From Octopus vulgaris (taxonomy: Eukaryota): DNA of 64,000 bases. Shown in pieces: positions 51,380 to 64,000 of this stretch. The stretch is from NCBI GenBank assembly GCA_951406725.2, contig OX597818.1, forward strand, positions 124,806,001-124,870,000, given 5' to 3'. The position numbers and the translations under genes are program-made. The notes beneath the pieces are model-generated. The model searched no databases, was not told the DNA's origin, and saw only the letters and a list, made by a program, of their open reading frames with translations. Numbering within the stretch: the first letter of the stretch is position 1; every line of letters starts with the position of its first letter.

Positions 51380-51865
51380 ATCATCATCATCATCATCATC
51401 ATTGTTTAACGTCCATTTTCCGCGCTAGCACGGGTTGGACGGTTCGACCGGGGTCTGGGAAGCCAGGGGCTGCACCAGACTCCAGTCTGATCTGGCAGTG
51501 TTTCTACAGCTGGATGCCCTTCCGAACACCAACCACTCTGCGAGTGTAGTGGGTGCTTTTTACGTGCCACCTGCACAGGTGCCAGGGGAGTCCGGCGTCG
51601 GCCTCGATCGGTTGGTGCTCTTAACATGCCACTGGCACAGAAGCCAGCCAAGGCGGCGCCGGCATCAGCATGTTCGGATGGTGCTTTTAATGCGCCACCG
51701 GCACAGAAGCCAGTCGAGGCAGCGCTAGCATCGGCCACGTTCGGATGGTGCTTTTTATGTGCCACCGGCACAGAAGCCAGTCGAGGCGGTGCTGGCAACG
51801 GCCACATTTGGATGGTGCTTTTTATGTGCCACCGGCACAGGTATCACAACTACTATTTCCATTGA
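51380..51865 (-). mobile_element. RTE-LINE 3' UTR (5 modules) inside a piggyBac-type MITE
   Basis: Cores near 51553, 51615, 51681, 51748 and 51814; MITE halves at ~51285-51378 and ~51870-51979. Confidence 0.82.
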
Positions 51866-52734
51866 TATTTAACTACATCTTCGAAATCTTGAAGCTACAA
51901 GATTATGCATGATTAATTCAAAACGATGTATGAATAAGCAAGCATTGCATTTGACAGAGTAAACTGAATGCTAAAGGGTTAACACTGCTACTATCTCTAC
52001 TTCAACACTACAATGCCCACAGACAAACCACTAGAAATATTGGTTTCAAATTTTGGCAGAGGGTCAGCAAATTCAGGGAAGAAGAGGCTAAGTCAATTAC
52101 ATCAACCCCAGCGCTCGAATGGTGCTGATTTTATTGACCCCCAAAAGGATGAAAGTCTAAGTCGAACTTGGCAGAATTTGAACTCACACTAGAAATATTG
52201 CAATTATCAGCCAAAGCTACAAACACCACCTAACAACAATAAGGTCAATACATAACAAAATAAAATTATTATTTTGCCAGCCTATGTTAACACCCAAGAG
52301 GATTTTATTTCTTTTGTTGGTCAATTAATTTTTTATGGGATTTCATCTCCTCAGTGTGTGTGTGTGAGGAGACACAGTGTGAGGAAGCTGACAGAGATGT
52401 TCATAATAATGTTTGTGACTGATGACAAATAATGGTGATGACGGCTACATTTGCTGCTGCTACTGCCACAACCTCCACCATCGTCATCACAGCTATAATC
52501 ATCATTTTCTTGTCATCAGGATCTTCAGAAATGTGTGTGGGTTCCGTGTATGTGTGTGTGCATACATGCATGTACACACACACACACACACACACACAAA
52601 TTTCTTACAAGAAGATAAATTTTTTTTTATATATCTACTTTCATTCTTTGCAATGAAGGGTGGCTGAGAGGGAAGTGTGGAGAGGGAAATGCATTTTTTT
52701 CTTTCTTGCATTCACAAACAAGCAGACATAGAGG

Positions 52735-53343
52735 GAAAAAATGACACACACACACACATACATACATACAAGCAGATACAAACATAGAGAAACCAACCTA
52801 CATACACACACACACACACATACATACACACATACATACAAGCAGATACAGACATAGAGAAACCAACACACACACACACACACACACACATACATACATA
52901 CAAGCAGATACAGACATAGAGAAACCAACACACACACACATACATACATACAAGCAGATACAAACATAGAGAAACCAACACACACACACACATACATACA
53001 TACAAGCAGATACAGACAGAGAAACCAACACACACACACACACACACATACATACAAGCAGATACAAACAGAGAGAAACCAACACACACACACACATACA
53101 TACAAGCAGATACAGACAGAGAAACCAACACACACACACACACACACATACATACAAGCAGATACAAACATAGAGAAACCAACACACACACACACATACA
53201 TACAAGCAGATACAGACAGAGAAACCAACACACACACACACACATACATACAAGCAGATACAAACAGAGAGAAACCAACCTACATACACACACACACACA
53301 CACATACATACATACAAGCAGATACAAACATAGAGAAACCAAC

Positions 53344-53380
<37 letters not shown>
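52735..53380. repeat. Higher-order repeat: (CA)n-CATACATA-CAAGCAGATACA(A/G)ACA(T/G)AGAGAAACCAA, ~50-70 bp unit
   Basis: About 10 units, each a fixed cassette plus a variable CA tract. Confidence 0.93.
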
Positions 53381-53382
<2 letters not shown>

Positions 53383-54439
53383 AATGTTTCAAACAAACCA
53401 AGTCAGAATAATCATACTGTAAAGTACCAGCCATCATAGAAATAGCAAATTGCAGTTTGCTCAGGATTTTTTATGGGATTTTTTTCTCTCTTTGAGTGAA
53501 TGAGATAAGCATGGTGGGTGTTTGACTGATTACAATGCTTAACCCACAACTCTACATCGCCTACGAGACACAAACACAGAACTAACCAATACAAATGTGA
53601 TCTTTTTAGCTTTTATTTGTTTTAAGTCATTGGATTGCAGCTATGCTGGGGCACTGCAGACATGGAGGGTTTAGTCAAGCAAATCAATCGCAGTGCTTTT
53701 TTTTTTTTCAAAGTCTGGCACTTATTCTATTGGTCTCTTTGGCTGAACCACCAAGTTACAGGGACATAAACAAACCAACACCAGTTGTCCAAGAGGTGGA
53801 GAGAGACAAATGCAACCATGCACGTACACATGTGTATGATATCTACATACAGGCTTCCACACAGTTTCTATCTACTAAATTCACTCACGAGGCATCAGTC
53901 GGCCTTATGGCTATAGTAGGAGACACTTGTCCAAGGTGCCATGTCATGGGACTGAACCTGAAACTACCTGATTGCAAAGCGAGCTACTTAACCACAGAGC
54001 TGTGCCTAGAACAAAGATACATGAAAGATAAGGGCTTCATAATCTCAATATTTTAGATAACTCTAAAAATCTCCCAAAATTCAGCAATTCAAACAAATCC
54101 TGCTATTAACACTGGAGAGATCAAATGACCACATGGATAGGTGCTGGACAAACACCTGAGAGGTGAGCAGTTCGTACAAGGATATGCACCAGCACTGTGT
54201 TACATATGTGCTCAAGATAATTAAATATCAATTACTATGACCTTCTGGCTCCAGATGGTTATAACATCTACAAGAACCTTCAATGGCCTACAAAATTCAC
54301 AGGTGCAGCCTTCTATATTAGCATTTAAAAACCCCAGTTTCTCAGCTTTAGCACTAGATGAGCAGGTATTTGAAGCGTCAGTTTGGATCAAATCTCAGTT
54401 TTTGATCAGGTCTTTTTATCAAGAACACTCCATATTTTT

Positions 54440-54730
54440 AGGGATTGCACCTAAAAAGTTCCTCTCCCAGGCTGAAGTTTGGGTAGGGTTGTTTGTAGAA
54501 GACCAGCAGTCACCCATGCATACCAGTCTCCCCTCTACACGTCACTAATGTTGTCCAAAGGTAAAGCGAAGGCCAGCTTAGCACCAGTGAGATCACAACT
54601 CATTTCTTCAACTAAGTGAACTGGAGTAATGTGAAATAAAGTGAACACAACACAGTCCAGTCCAAGAATCGAACTCACTACCTCACAATTGTAAGCCCAA
54701 TGCTCAAACCACTGATCCATGCACCTTCAC
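54440..54730 (-). mobile_element. Degenerate tRNA-headed SINE (family E); related heads near 20095-20370, 27645-27790, 31075-31340 and 34355-34500
   Basis: Minus strand GGATCAGTGGTTTGAGCATTGGGCTTACAATTGTGAGGTAGTGAGTTCGATTCTTGGAC, with A/B-box-like motifs. Confidence 0.55.
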
Positions 54731-55590
54731 AAGAAAAGTGATGTTTGCTACTACTGTCCAAGAGATCCTAGCCTCTGTTTAAAGAGAGTGAGAATAAGGT
54801 TTAGTTGCCTAAATTGAGTATTTTCAATGACTAATATCTAAATACAAGCCTTCCTACTAGACAATGCAGAATTTAGTTGTGTAAGAACTGCATAAAACAC
54901 CTTGTTTGCTCTTCTGTCAGTTTTGAGATATCTGGAAGTTTTAGCATTGATTGCAGCAGAGAGCAATGAAAAATTGATAATATGTAAGAACAAATCTGTC
55001 TTTTTATCTTTAATTACTCTTTCAAATCCAATTTTCTCCTTGCATTGCTGGGATAATTTTTATTAGGAGCAAGTGTCTTCAGAGAGTGATCCCAGATATA
55101 TCTTACTGCTAACAACTCAACCATGAAATAGGATTGGAATCCATCCCTTTGTCAATCAAACAAAAAGGAGCAACCAAAGCTATATGCTTTGCTTGGGACA
55201 GTACATCTGTAGTAATACTTGAACTTACAACCATAAGGTCAGCAGTCCAGCACCTTCAATTCACAACCAAACAGCATTCTTATAAGCAGAAGCTTTTGGC
55301 ATCTCATTACAGACCTTAGGGTCTGAAGATATGACTGTGAGGTTAGACAACTCACTTCCTAACCATATAACTTTGGTTTCAGTCCCCCTGTGTGATACCT
55401 TAGGAAACTCATCATCATCATTATTTAACATCGGTTTTCCGTGTTGGCATGGGTTCGATGTTTGGACAAGAACTGACCAGCTGAAGGGCTGTTCAGGCTC
55501 CATATCTGTTTTGGCATGATTTCTACAGCTAGATGTCTTTCCTAACACCAACCACTGTACTGAGTGCATTTACACAGCAATGGTACAGAT

Positions 55591-56003
55591 GCGCAGGAGT
55601 GGCCGTGTGGTAAGTAGCTTACTAACCAACCACATGGTTCCGGGTTCAGTCCCACTGCGTGGCATCTTGGGCAAGTGTCTTCTGCTATAGCTCCGGGCCA
55701 ACCAATGCCTTGTGAGTGGATTTGGTAGACGGAAACTGAAAGAAGCCTGTCGTATATATGTATATATATATGTGTGTGTGTGTGTGTGTATGTGTTTGTG
55801 TGTCTGTCCCCCTAGAATTGCTTGACAACCGATGCTGGTGTGTTTACGTCCCCGTCACTTAGCAGTTCGGCAAAAGAGACTGATAGAATAAGTACTGGGC
55901 TTACAAAGAATAAGTCCCGGAGTCGATTTGCTCGACTAAAGGTGGTGCTCCAGCATGGCCGCAGTCAAATGACTGAAACAAGTAAAAGAGTAAGGGTAAA
56001 GAG
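55591..56003 (+). mobile_element. SINE family A, full length
   Basis: Near-consensus copy. Confidence 0.88.
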
Positions 56004-56805
56004 TATGCTTTTTACATGGCACCAACAAGTCTGCAAGATTAGGAATGCTCATCTGAAGAGGGTTGCAGTGGATGAGCTTGTATGCAAGGGCAACTACACT
56101 ATTACTTAAGGTCAGAAAGACGCACGCCTGTCTGTGACGTCCTGTTTTTGTTATTATTATTATTATCATTATTGTTTTTACGTATTTTTGCATTCTTATT
56201 TGTGTAACATCATCCGTTTTTCCGTACTTGTTTTGTATACATTTGAGGCTTTCTTCCAAGGAATCTAATGCGCTTGGTTTAGATATTCCTTTGGGGCTGG
56301 CCAGATCGGAGCAATCTCAAGATTAATCAGCCGAAATTGCGAGGATGATCCGGTTCTTGACTGAAGATTGAAGGCTTCGAATGTCTCGTCCGTGTTTTTT
56401 GTATCGTCTTCTAAATGTTTTGCGTTCTTGTCCCAGTTTGTATTTTTTTACATATACATATACACTATTACTTAGCTTGACAGGTCTTTACAAGCACGTC
56501 TTCTACAATAGATGCAGTTTAGCCAATTTCTTGTAGGTGGATTTCGTAGACAGAAACTAAAAGAAGCCCACTGTATGTGTGTCATAAAGAGAGAGAGAGA
56601 GAGAGAGGGGAGAGTGAGTGAGTGAACTTTTATTTCTTCAGCTGCAGGTGTTTGTTCTCAAATTTTAAACAATGATTTTACGAATGGTGTCATTCACTTA
56701 CAGTCCACAATGAAAATATGTCTGGACTTCTTGACATGTTGCCTGATCTTTGTGAACAAAAAACACTCATTCTTATAATGTTGTTTGCTTCCAGTTCTCC
56801 ATACT

Positions 56806-57117
56806 GGAGTGGCTGTGTGGTAAGTAGCTTGCTTACCAACCACATGGTTCCGGGTTCAGTCCCACTGCGTGGCACCTTGGGCAAGTGTCTTCTACTACAG
56901 CAGAAACGTTAGCATGCCAGGCAAAATGCTTAGCGGTATTTCGTCTGCTGTTACGTTCTGAGTTCAAATTCCACCGAGGCTGAATTTGCCTTTCATCCTT
57001 TCGGGGTCGATTAAATAAGTACCAGTTACGCACTGGGGTCGATGTAATTGACTTAATACCTATGTCTGTCCTTGTTTGTCCCCTCTGTGCTTAGCCCCTT
57101 ATGGTAATAAAGAAATA
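56806..57117 (+). mobile_element. Family A head (56806-56897) fused to a family C SINE
   Basis: Junction ...GTGTCTTCTACTAC|AGCAGAAACGTTAGC. Confidence 0.8.
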
Positions 57118-57433
57118 GGATCCTGTGAGTGCATACTCTGTTACTCTCTCCACTACCATTCTCTTATCTCATTACATATTTGTTCTTCTCATCATATTTT
57201 AGCTTCTTATGTCACCTCGCCAAAATCCATCATATCCACTTTTCTATTCTTCTTTTAGTCATGGAGGCTCTTTAGTCTTACAAGCTGCAAGGCCACCATG
57301 GAAAAAAAAAAGCATCAAGTATTCCTAACATCAACTACTTTACAAAGACATGGTACAGTTGTCCCCCAACTCATCAGGCTCTTTTCAAACTGTATAACTT
57401 TTCCAGCTTGGAAAGCAGATGTAAAATGATGTA

Positions 57434-57730
57434 CATCATCATCATCATCAGGCCCAGTCAAATCTGGCAGTGTTTCTACGGCTGGATGCCCTTCCTAACG
57501 CCAACCACTCCGTGAGTGTAGTGGGTGCTTTTTACGTGCCACCCACACAGGTGCCAGACAGAGCTGGCAAACGGCCACGAACAGATGGTGCTTTTTATGT
57601 GCCACCGGCACGAGGGCCAGGCGAGGCTGGCAACAGACACGAAACGGGGCGGTGCTGGCAACGGTCGCGAAACGGAAGGTTCTCTTACATGCCACCGGCA
57701 CTGGTAACACATCTGCAATTTCCATTGATC
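57434..57730 (-). mobile_element. RTE-LINE 3' UTR with a deletion near its terminus (3 modules)
   Basis: Cores near 57524, 57588 and 57680; the terminal stem-loop is missing before (GAT)n. Confidence 0.78.
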
Positions 57731-57974
57731 AATTTAATAAAGACAACCAAAAGGGTTGATATCAGCTAAGATAACTAGTTGCAAAATACTACTTTGAAAA
57801 TACCTTTCCAACCCATGGCATCATGGAAAGCAGATAAAAAAGACAATGAATAATGATGACACATACATATACTACCTGAACAAGCACACATCAACTACTA
57901 CACAAAACACACATTAGTCCCACACATATGCACATGTCCATATGCATACTCACATATACACACGTCCATATGGA

Positions 57975-58012
<38 letters not shown>

Positions 58013-58504
58013 CTCCCCCACACATATGAACTCACTTGCCCCCATTCACACATCACACTCACACACATGCTTGTGCACCTTAGTTCGTTGGGGTCACCAT
58101 TATGATTATTATTATTATCTCCCTTTCATTCAGCCTCTTTTTTTTTTCCAGTCACCTCATCATGTTGGACCATTGAACTCTGCACATTTTTTCTCTCTCC
58201 ATTTTTTTCCCTATCTCCCCAATTTTTTTCCACTCTCTCCCCATTTTCCCCCCTCTTAATTCTTTCTGTTAAGAGCATAGGCTTGAAACATAAAAGACTA
58301 TTCCATTTTTCCTGAATGTTAAACTAATATAGTTGCTTGTTGTTCCAACACCTGTTTTCATCTTTTTTCTTCTGTAAATTTGAACTATATATATATATAT
58401 AAGATTATATAGATATAGTGGTTGGCCAAATGCATATGGTACATTAGTGGAGAAAGTTCAAGTTTTCACTTGCTCCACTTTATGCTATTGGTTTAAAGGC
58501 ATGA

Positions 58505-58895
58505 TTTAAACCATGCTATTGGTTTAAAGACGGCAAGCGTACAAAAGGAGGCCAGAAGAAACACTACAAGGACTCCCTGAAAACGAACCTCAAAAAGTGT
58601 GACATCGACTTCACTAACTGGGAGGAAACGGCAAAAAACAGACCACTCTGGAAAACCACCATACATGAGGGAATGGCGACTTTCGAGTCGAAAAGGTCTG
58701 CAGAGCTGGAGGAGAAAAGACGACGACGGAAGGAGCGCCAACAACAACCACGTGCGACTCTCCCTTCTGGCACTAGATGTCCGCATTGCGACTGATCTTT
58801 TCAAGCAAGAATTGGTCTTATTGGTCACCTACGGACTCACCAGTAAATTTGCGCAAAGACCATCATCCTCGACCTTGAGGGATTGCCATCATCAA
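58505..58895 (+). mobile_element. Second RTE-clade LINE 3' end with C-terminal CxxC...HxxxH motif
   Basis: GKRTKGGQKKHYKDSLKTNLKKCDIDFTNWEETAKNRPLWKTTIHEG...RCPHCD*SFQARIGLIGHLRTHQ*, short UTR, (CAT)n end. Confidence 0.85.
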
Positions 58896-59508
58896 AGGCA
58901 TGAATACTCCAACTTCCATACTTCCATCAATTCACTCCCTGAAATCAATATAGAGCTGATCACCCAATGATGGATAGGTACAATCACAAAAGAACTGACA
59001 CTGTTATATCAGTGCATCTGATAAATCAATAATTCAGTTATGGTAATCTATCAAAGTAGAAAGTAATATTTAGATAGAAAGAAGATGTGAGAAAATGATA
59101 GTAGAGAAAACAAGAGCTGGAAGGAAAGAGGAAAGGAGAAAGAAGAAGTAGTCATCAGGAGAAATGGAGAGAGAGAGAGAGAGCGAGAGAGACAGAGAGA
59201 TGAACAGAAAGAAAAAATAGAAAATAGAAATATAACCAAAATTGTGATGGTAATGAGGACAATAATGAAAGATGATGTGAAGAGAAGGAAGACAGATAGA
59301 TAAAAAAGGATGTAAATTAAAGGAAAACAGAGAAAGAGAAAAATAAAACTGATGAAAGAAAAATAACAGAGAAAAGTGCAAGGGGAAACTAGGTCAAAAA
59401 TGAGAAATAACATAAAGATGAAGAAGAGTGGAAGAGAGAAAGAGAAGTTGAAGCGGAGGTTGCAAGAGGATAAATCAAGTGAAATTAATAATTTTTTTTT
59501 TTACTTAC

Positions 59509-59703
59509 AATCAACAACAAAACAGTGTTTTCCCTGAGTGCTCCAATACATACTGTGAAACCAATAATGAACATGACCCCACCAACAATGATGAACAGAA
59601 GGGCTGGGTCAAGGGCAACGTTGGTCAGTTTGCCAATGTTGTGGAACATATCCTTTTCCGTCCATGCCCACAGTCCAATGGCACATAGTGCACCGCCAAT
59701 CAG
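59509..59703 (-). CDS. Tetraspanin (TspanC8 subgroup, Tspan5/14/17/33-like), internal exon covering end of TM1, EC1 and TM2
   Basis: 195 nt = 65 codons: [65 protein letters not shown]. Closely resembles human TSPAN5 (GIGLWAWNEKG...[32 protein letters not shown]). Polypyrimidine acceptor tttcttatttctttgcag and donor gtaagt, phase 0/0. Confidence 0.95.
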
Positions 59704-60072
59704 CTGCAAAGAAATAAGAAAATGAACACTTGAAACAATTACTACACACAACAAATTACAGCATATAATACACTATTACTGCATATGAAGGGGTGCTGAA
59801 AATCTTGTAAACAAGCATGATGCAAAAATTCCGAGGTGCCAACACTGCACCAATTTTCAAGATGGCACACTGTATAAAAATAATAATAATAATAATTATA
59901 ATTCAGGTTTCCCACCCCACCTCCCCTCTTTCCCTTCCCATAAGTATATGTATAGATATTGGAGTGCCCAAAAATATATCCATGTACATATATATATAAA
60001 TAAATATATCTGTGTGAAAGTATGTGTATGACTGCATTTGTTGATTGGTGTATGTATATGTATGCATGTGTA

Positions 60073-60126
<54 letters not shown>

Positions 60127-60127
60127 A

Positions 60128-60350
60128 AGGTGGCGAGCTGGAAAAACGTTAGCATGCCGGGCGAAATGCGTAGCTGTATTTCATCTGTTGTTACTTTCTG
60201 AGTTCAAATTCCGCCGAGGTCGACTTATCCTTTCAGGGTTGATAAATAAAGTACCAGTTTCGCACTGGGGTCAATGTAATCAACTTAATCCCTTTGTCTG
60301 TCCTTGTTTGTCGCCTCTATGTTTAGCCCCTTGTGGGTAGTAAAGAAATA
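60128..60350 (+). mobile_element. SINE family C
   Basis: Runs from head to ...GTGGGTAGTAAAGAAATA tail. Confidence 0.8.
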
Positions 60351-60408
60351 TATATGTATGTATGTATGTATGTACATATATATATATATATGAGGATTCC
60401 CAGAGATG

Positions 60409-60581
60409 TATCATCATCATCATCATCATTTAACGTCCGCTTTCCATGCTGGCATGGGTTGGACAGTTCAACTGGGGTCTGGGAAGCCAGAAGGCTGCAC
60501 CAGGCCCAGTCTGATCTGGCAGTGTTTCTACAGCTGGATGCCCTTCCTAACGCCAACCACTCCCTGAGTGTAGTGGGTGCT
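60409..60581 (-). mobile_element. RTE-LINE 3'-terminal fragment
   Basis: Terminal ~170 bp including (GAT)n. Confidence 0.8.
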
Positions 60582-61247
60582 ATATATGTATATAAACATA
60601 TGCAACTGATTGTATAGTTGTATAGGTGTGAGTGTATCTGTGTGTACATATGTGCATGTATACATGAATATATGTAAGGAAGGCTTTGTGTGTCTTTGAA
60701 ATACAGAACAACAGAATACTGAAGGTTGGATAATAAAATTTCACATGTGCAGCCTAACATGAGGAACGGATCAAAACAGATCAGACAGTACTGAAACAAA
60801 CATCCGATACATCCAATACCACTCGTAGCAGGCACGCAGAAGCACATTAACAGCAAGCGGAATGAAGCTGCCGACATCTACTAAATTCAAACGAGGAAGA
60901 TGGATGTGTTAGCATCGAAGTCAAAGGTTTTTAAACTAATGGAGACAGAAACTGAATGTCGCTTGAGGGAATACAACGGGATCCCATTACACAGGTTGCA
61001 TAATAAAATAGCTGAATATATGAAGAACTATGTTGTATGGAAAAATGTGTAGTGATTAAAAAATAACTGTCCAACCGAACTCCTTTTTGTTGACTATCTT
61101 ATTCAATTTTACTTTCACACATGACGAATGCCTAAATCTAGACTTGGAAGTATATCATAATACTACTGGCTATTTGATAATTCTAAGGATGAATGAGCTC
61201 TATACTGTACTCTGCTACGTTCCTAACGGAATATACTTTATATATAC

Positions 61248-61284
<37 letters not shown>

Positions 61285-61516
61285 TGTATATACAAATCAA
61301 AAAATAAGCAACAAGAATGAATCCGGTAATCTTTATCTGTATATTTACCTTCCCTAAGATGTTATTAATTGATTTGGAAACTTTATATTATTGGAAAACC
61401 TATATAAAATTAGCTGAAGATTACTCAGGGGCTAAACACAGAGAGGACAAACAAGGACAGACAAACGGATTAAGTTGATCATATCGACCCCAGTGCGTAA
61501 CTGGTACTTATTTAAT

Positions 61517-61840
61517 CATATGACCTTACAGCAGCACCCTCTCCAATGAGGGTTTGACCATAGTATGTAATAGTTAACAGAGCTATCTGAATTTAGCCTA
61601 AGGCCCTGTTGAAAGACATGGGGGCAGCATGACATCATCCTCACTAGAAACACATCTGAAGACCATCACAGCTTGGTGGGGAACTTGGTTTTCATGATGC
61701 TCATATCACATCTTACTGCATTGACAGTGTTCACAGAGTATTGAGCAGCAGTCATGATGTCAGCATTTTGAAACCTGGTGACAACTTGCTGGGGCTGCCT
61801 GTTGGAGCCCATGCGGCAGGTATTTAAAGGGAAAAATTTG
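61517..61840 (-). mobile_element. Tc1/mariner-superfamily transposase remnant
   Basis: Frameshifted MKTKFPTKL/MVFRCVSSEDDVMLPPCLS, resembling TKFPAxVMVFGCVSSEGDVMPPHIFxxGL motifs of DDD transposases. Confidence 0.6.
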
Positions 61841-61842
61841 AC

Positions 61843-62100
61843 AAGACAGTCAGTCACTCGCTGACGATACATCAAAGAGGCCAGGGAACAGAAGAAAGAA
61901 GAATAAAGAAGACATGCACCCAACACCAGAGCTGAAGACACCTCCAAAAGGGGAGGCACCGCCACGCAAAACGGCAGAGGAGTAGGGGCCGAAACCGGAC
62001 GTGGTTCCTCCTGATGATGTCTTGAGCTAACTGGATCCTATAAAGGAGCTGTTGTGGTAGTAGACCACGAAACACGGTTGTAATTCCTCCTATGATAATG
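61843..62100 (+). mobile_element. Hammerhead-motif element, copy 2
   Basis: Colinear with 35185-35447; CTGAAGA 61932, CTGATGA 62011, CGAAAC 62068. Confidence 0.6.
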
Positions 62101-62354
62101 GTAATTCTTTTCCAAAACTCAGACAATTCCCAGTACCCCGTGCCTGTTAATTCTTTCTCCCCTACAACTTTAATCCTTATGCTCTCCAACTTCATTGACT
62201 ATTCTTTAATACATCAGATTGTTCCTGAATAAAGGGGACAAAAAAAAATCAAATTTAACCCAAATACCCTGTATATATACAAACACACATACACAAATAA
62301 ACATTATATATATAAATATATACACACACACACAGTCACACACAAACATTATAT

Positions 62355-63157
62355 ATTCTTTTATTTGTTTCAGTCATTTGACTGTGGCCATGCTGAAGCA
62401 CGGCCTTCAGTCAAACAAATCGACCCCAGGACTTACTCTTTGTAAGCCTAGTACTTATCCTATCAGTGTCTTTTGCCGAACTGCTAAGTTACAGGGACGT
62501 AAACACACCAACATCAAATTTCAAGTGATGGTGGGGGGGACAAGCACAAGCATTTACATATATATATAGGCGAAGGAGTGGCTGTGTGGTAAGTAGCTTG
62601 CTAACCAACCACATGGTTCCGGGTTCAGTCCCACTGTGTGGCATCTTGGGCAAGTGTCTTCTGCTATAGCCCCGGGCCGACCAATGCCTTGTGAATGGAT
62701 TTGGTAGACGGAAACTGAAAGAAGCCTGTCGTATATGTGTATATATATATGCGTATGTGTGTGTGTTTGTGTATGTGTGTTTGTCCCCCTAGCATTGCTT
62801 GACAACCGATGCTGGTGTGTTTACGTCCCCGTCACTTAGCGGTTCGGCAAAAGAGACCATTAGAATAAGTACTGGGCTTACAAAGAATAAGTCCTGGGGT
62901 CGATTTGCTCGACTAAAGGCGGTGCTCCAGCATGGCCGCAGTCAAATGACTGAAACAAGTAAGAGTAAAAATGAGAGAGAAAGTATATATATATATACGA
63001 CAGGCTTCTTTCAGTTTCTGTCAAACAAATCCACTCACAAGGCTTTGGTTGGCCCACGTCTAAAGTAGAAGACACTTACCCAAGGTGCCACACAGTGGGA
63101 CTGAACCTGGAACTATGTGGTTGGTAAGCAAGCTACTTACCACACAGCTACTCCTGA
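62355..63157. mobile_element. Three SINE family A segments: (-) 62355-62545, (+) 62568-62980, (-) 62996-63157
   Basis: A full plus-strand copy lies between the tail half and head half of minus-strand family A sequence. Confidence 0.85.
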
Positions 63158-63158
63158 G

Positions 63159-63159
<1 letters not shown>

Positions 63160-63208
<49 letters not shown>

Positions 63209-63870
63209 TTCACATACAAACATAAATATACGCACATTCACATACAATATATATATATATATATACACATATGTATATATAAACACATTCACATACAAGC
63301 ATATATACACACATTCACATACCAACATATATACATACACACACATATACATACATATATGAACATATATACATATACACACATATACATATATTCCCAT
63401 ATGAACATATATACATATACACACATATACATACATATATTCACATATAAACATATATACATATATATATACATTCACATAGCAACATATATACATACAT
63501 ACATATATTCACATATGAACATATATACATATACACACATATACATACATATATACATATACACACATATACATATATTCCCATATGAACATATATACAT
63601 ATATACACATATACATACATATATGAACATATATACATACACACACATATACATACATATATTCACATATAAACATATGAACATATATACATATAAACAT
63701 ATGAACATATATACATATGAACATATATACATATGAACATATATATATATGAACATATATACATATAAACATATATACATATGAACATATATACATATGA
63801 ACATATATACATATAAACATATATACATATAAACATATATACATATAAACATATATACATATATATATAT
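63160..63870. repeat. Low-complexity (CATATA/ACATATGAAC)-type repeat
   Basis: Direct inspection. Confidence 0.95.
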
Positions 63871-64000
63871 AAAATGACTAATTAATTTCAGTGATTTTTT
63901 TTTTTAATATGCTAACTCAATTGCTAATGTACAATCTACATTGTAATTCTCTCAATACTATTTTGGCATGTACAATGATATCTATGCTTTTCTGAGACTG

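Larger units (their letters stand above)
19750..59508 (-). other. ~39.8 kb GT-AG intron of the tetraspanin gene
   Basis: The two exons join in frame with no tetraspanin residues missing; the interval is almost entirely repeats. Confidence 0.8.

Noticed and set aside
51380-51865. CRISPR-like repeat-spacer pattern
   Set aside because: Spacers are homologous to each other, the array is part of an RTE 3' UTR, the context is eukaryotic and no cas genes are present.
59051-59413. Hydrophobic minus-strand ORFs next to the exon
   Set aside because: Low-complexity purine-rich intronic sequence downstream of the splice donor.
60690-61090. Non-repetitive-looking, higher-complexity stretch
   Set aside because: No sustained ORF, termini or second copy recognised; probably an unidentified TE remnant.

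Overview
AT-rich eukaryotic DNA, dense in microsatellites and transposable elements. The repeat content suggests a coleoid cephalopod, probably Octopus; this is inferred from repeat families, not from a marker gene. The only supportable host gene is a minus-strand TspanC8-type tetraspanin, seen as two in-frame GT-AG exons (59509-59703, 19675-19749) separated by a ~39.8 kb intron; its other exons were not found and probably lie outside the window. The rest is intronic TE debris: modular tRNA-headed SINEs, many copies of an RTE-LINE 3' UTR, CR1/L2-type, RTE and Penelope fragments, two mariners (one near full-length and Hsmar1-like), a Tigger end, non-autonomous Helitrons, piggyBac-type MITEs and minisatellites. 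Best leads: (1) a ~250-bp element in two copies carrying hammerhead-ribozyme core motifs; (2) an RTE 3' UTR built from a variable-number array of conserved ~22-nt cores with hairpin-forming linkers; (3) a ~330-bp near-spacerless palindrome plus inverted SINE pairs in the intron, which are candidate dsRNA/ADAR substrates. Several short-range near-identical duplications look like assembly artefacts. Almost all listed ORFs are translations of repeats. Repeat boundaries were read by eye and are approximate.
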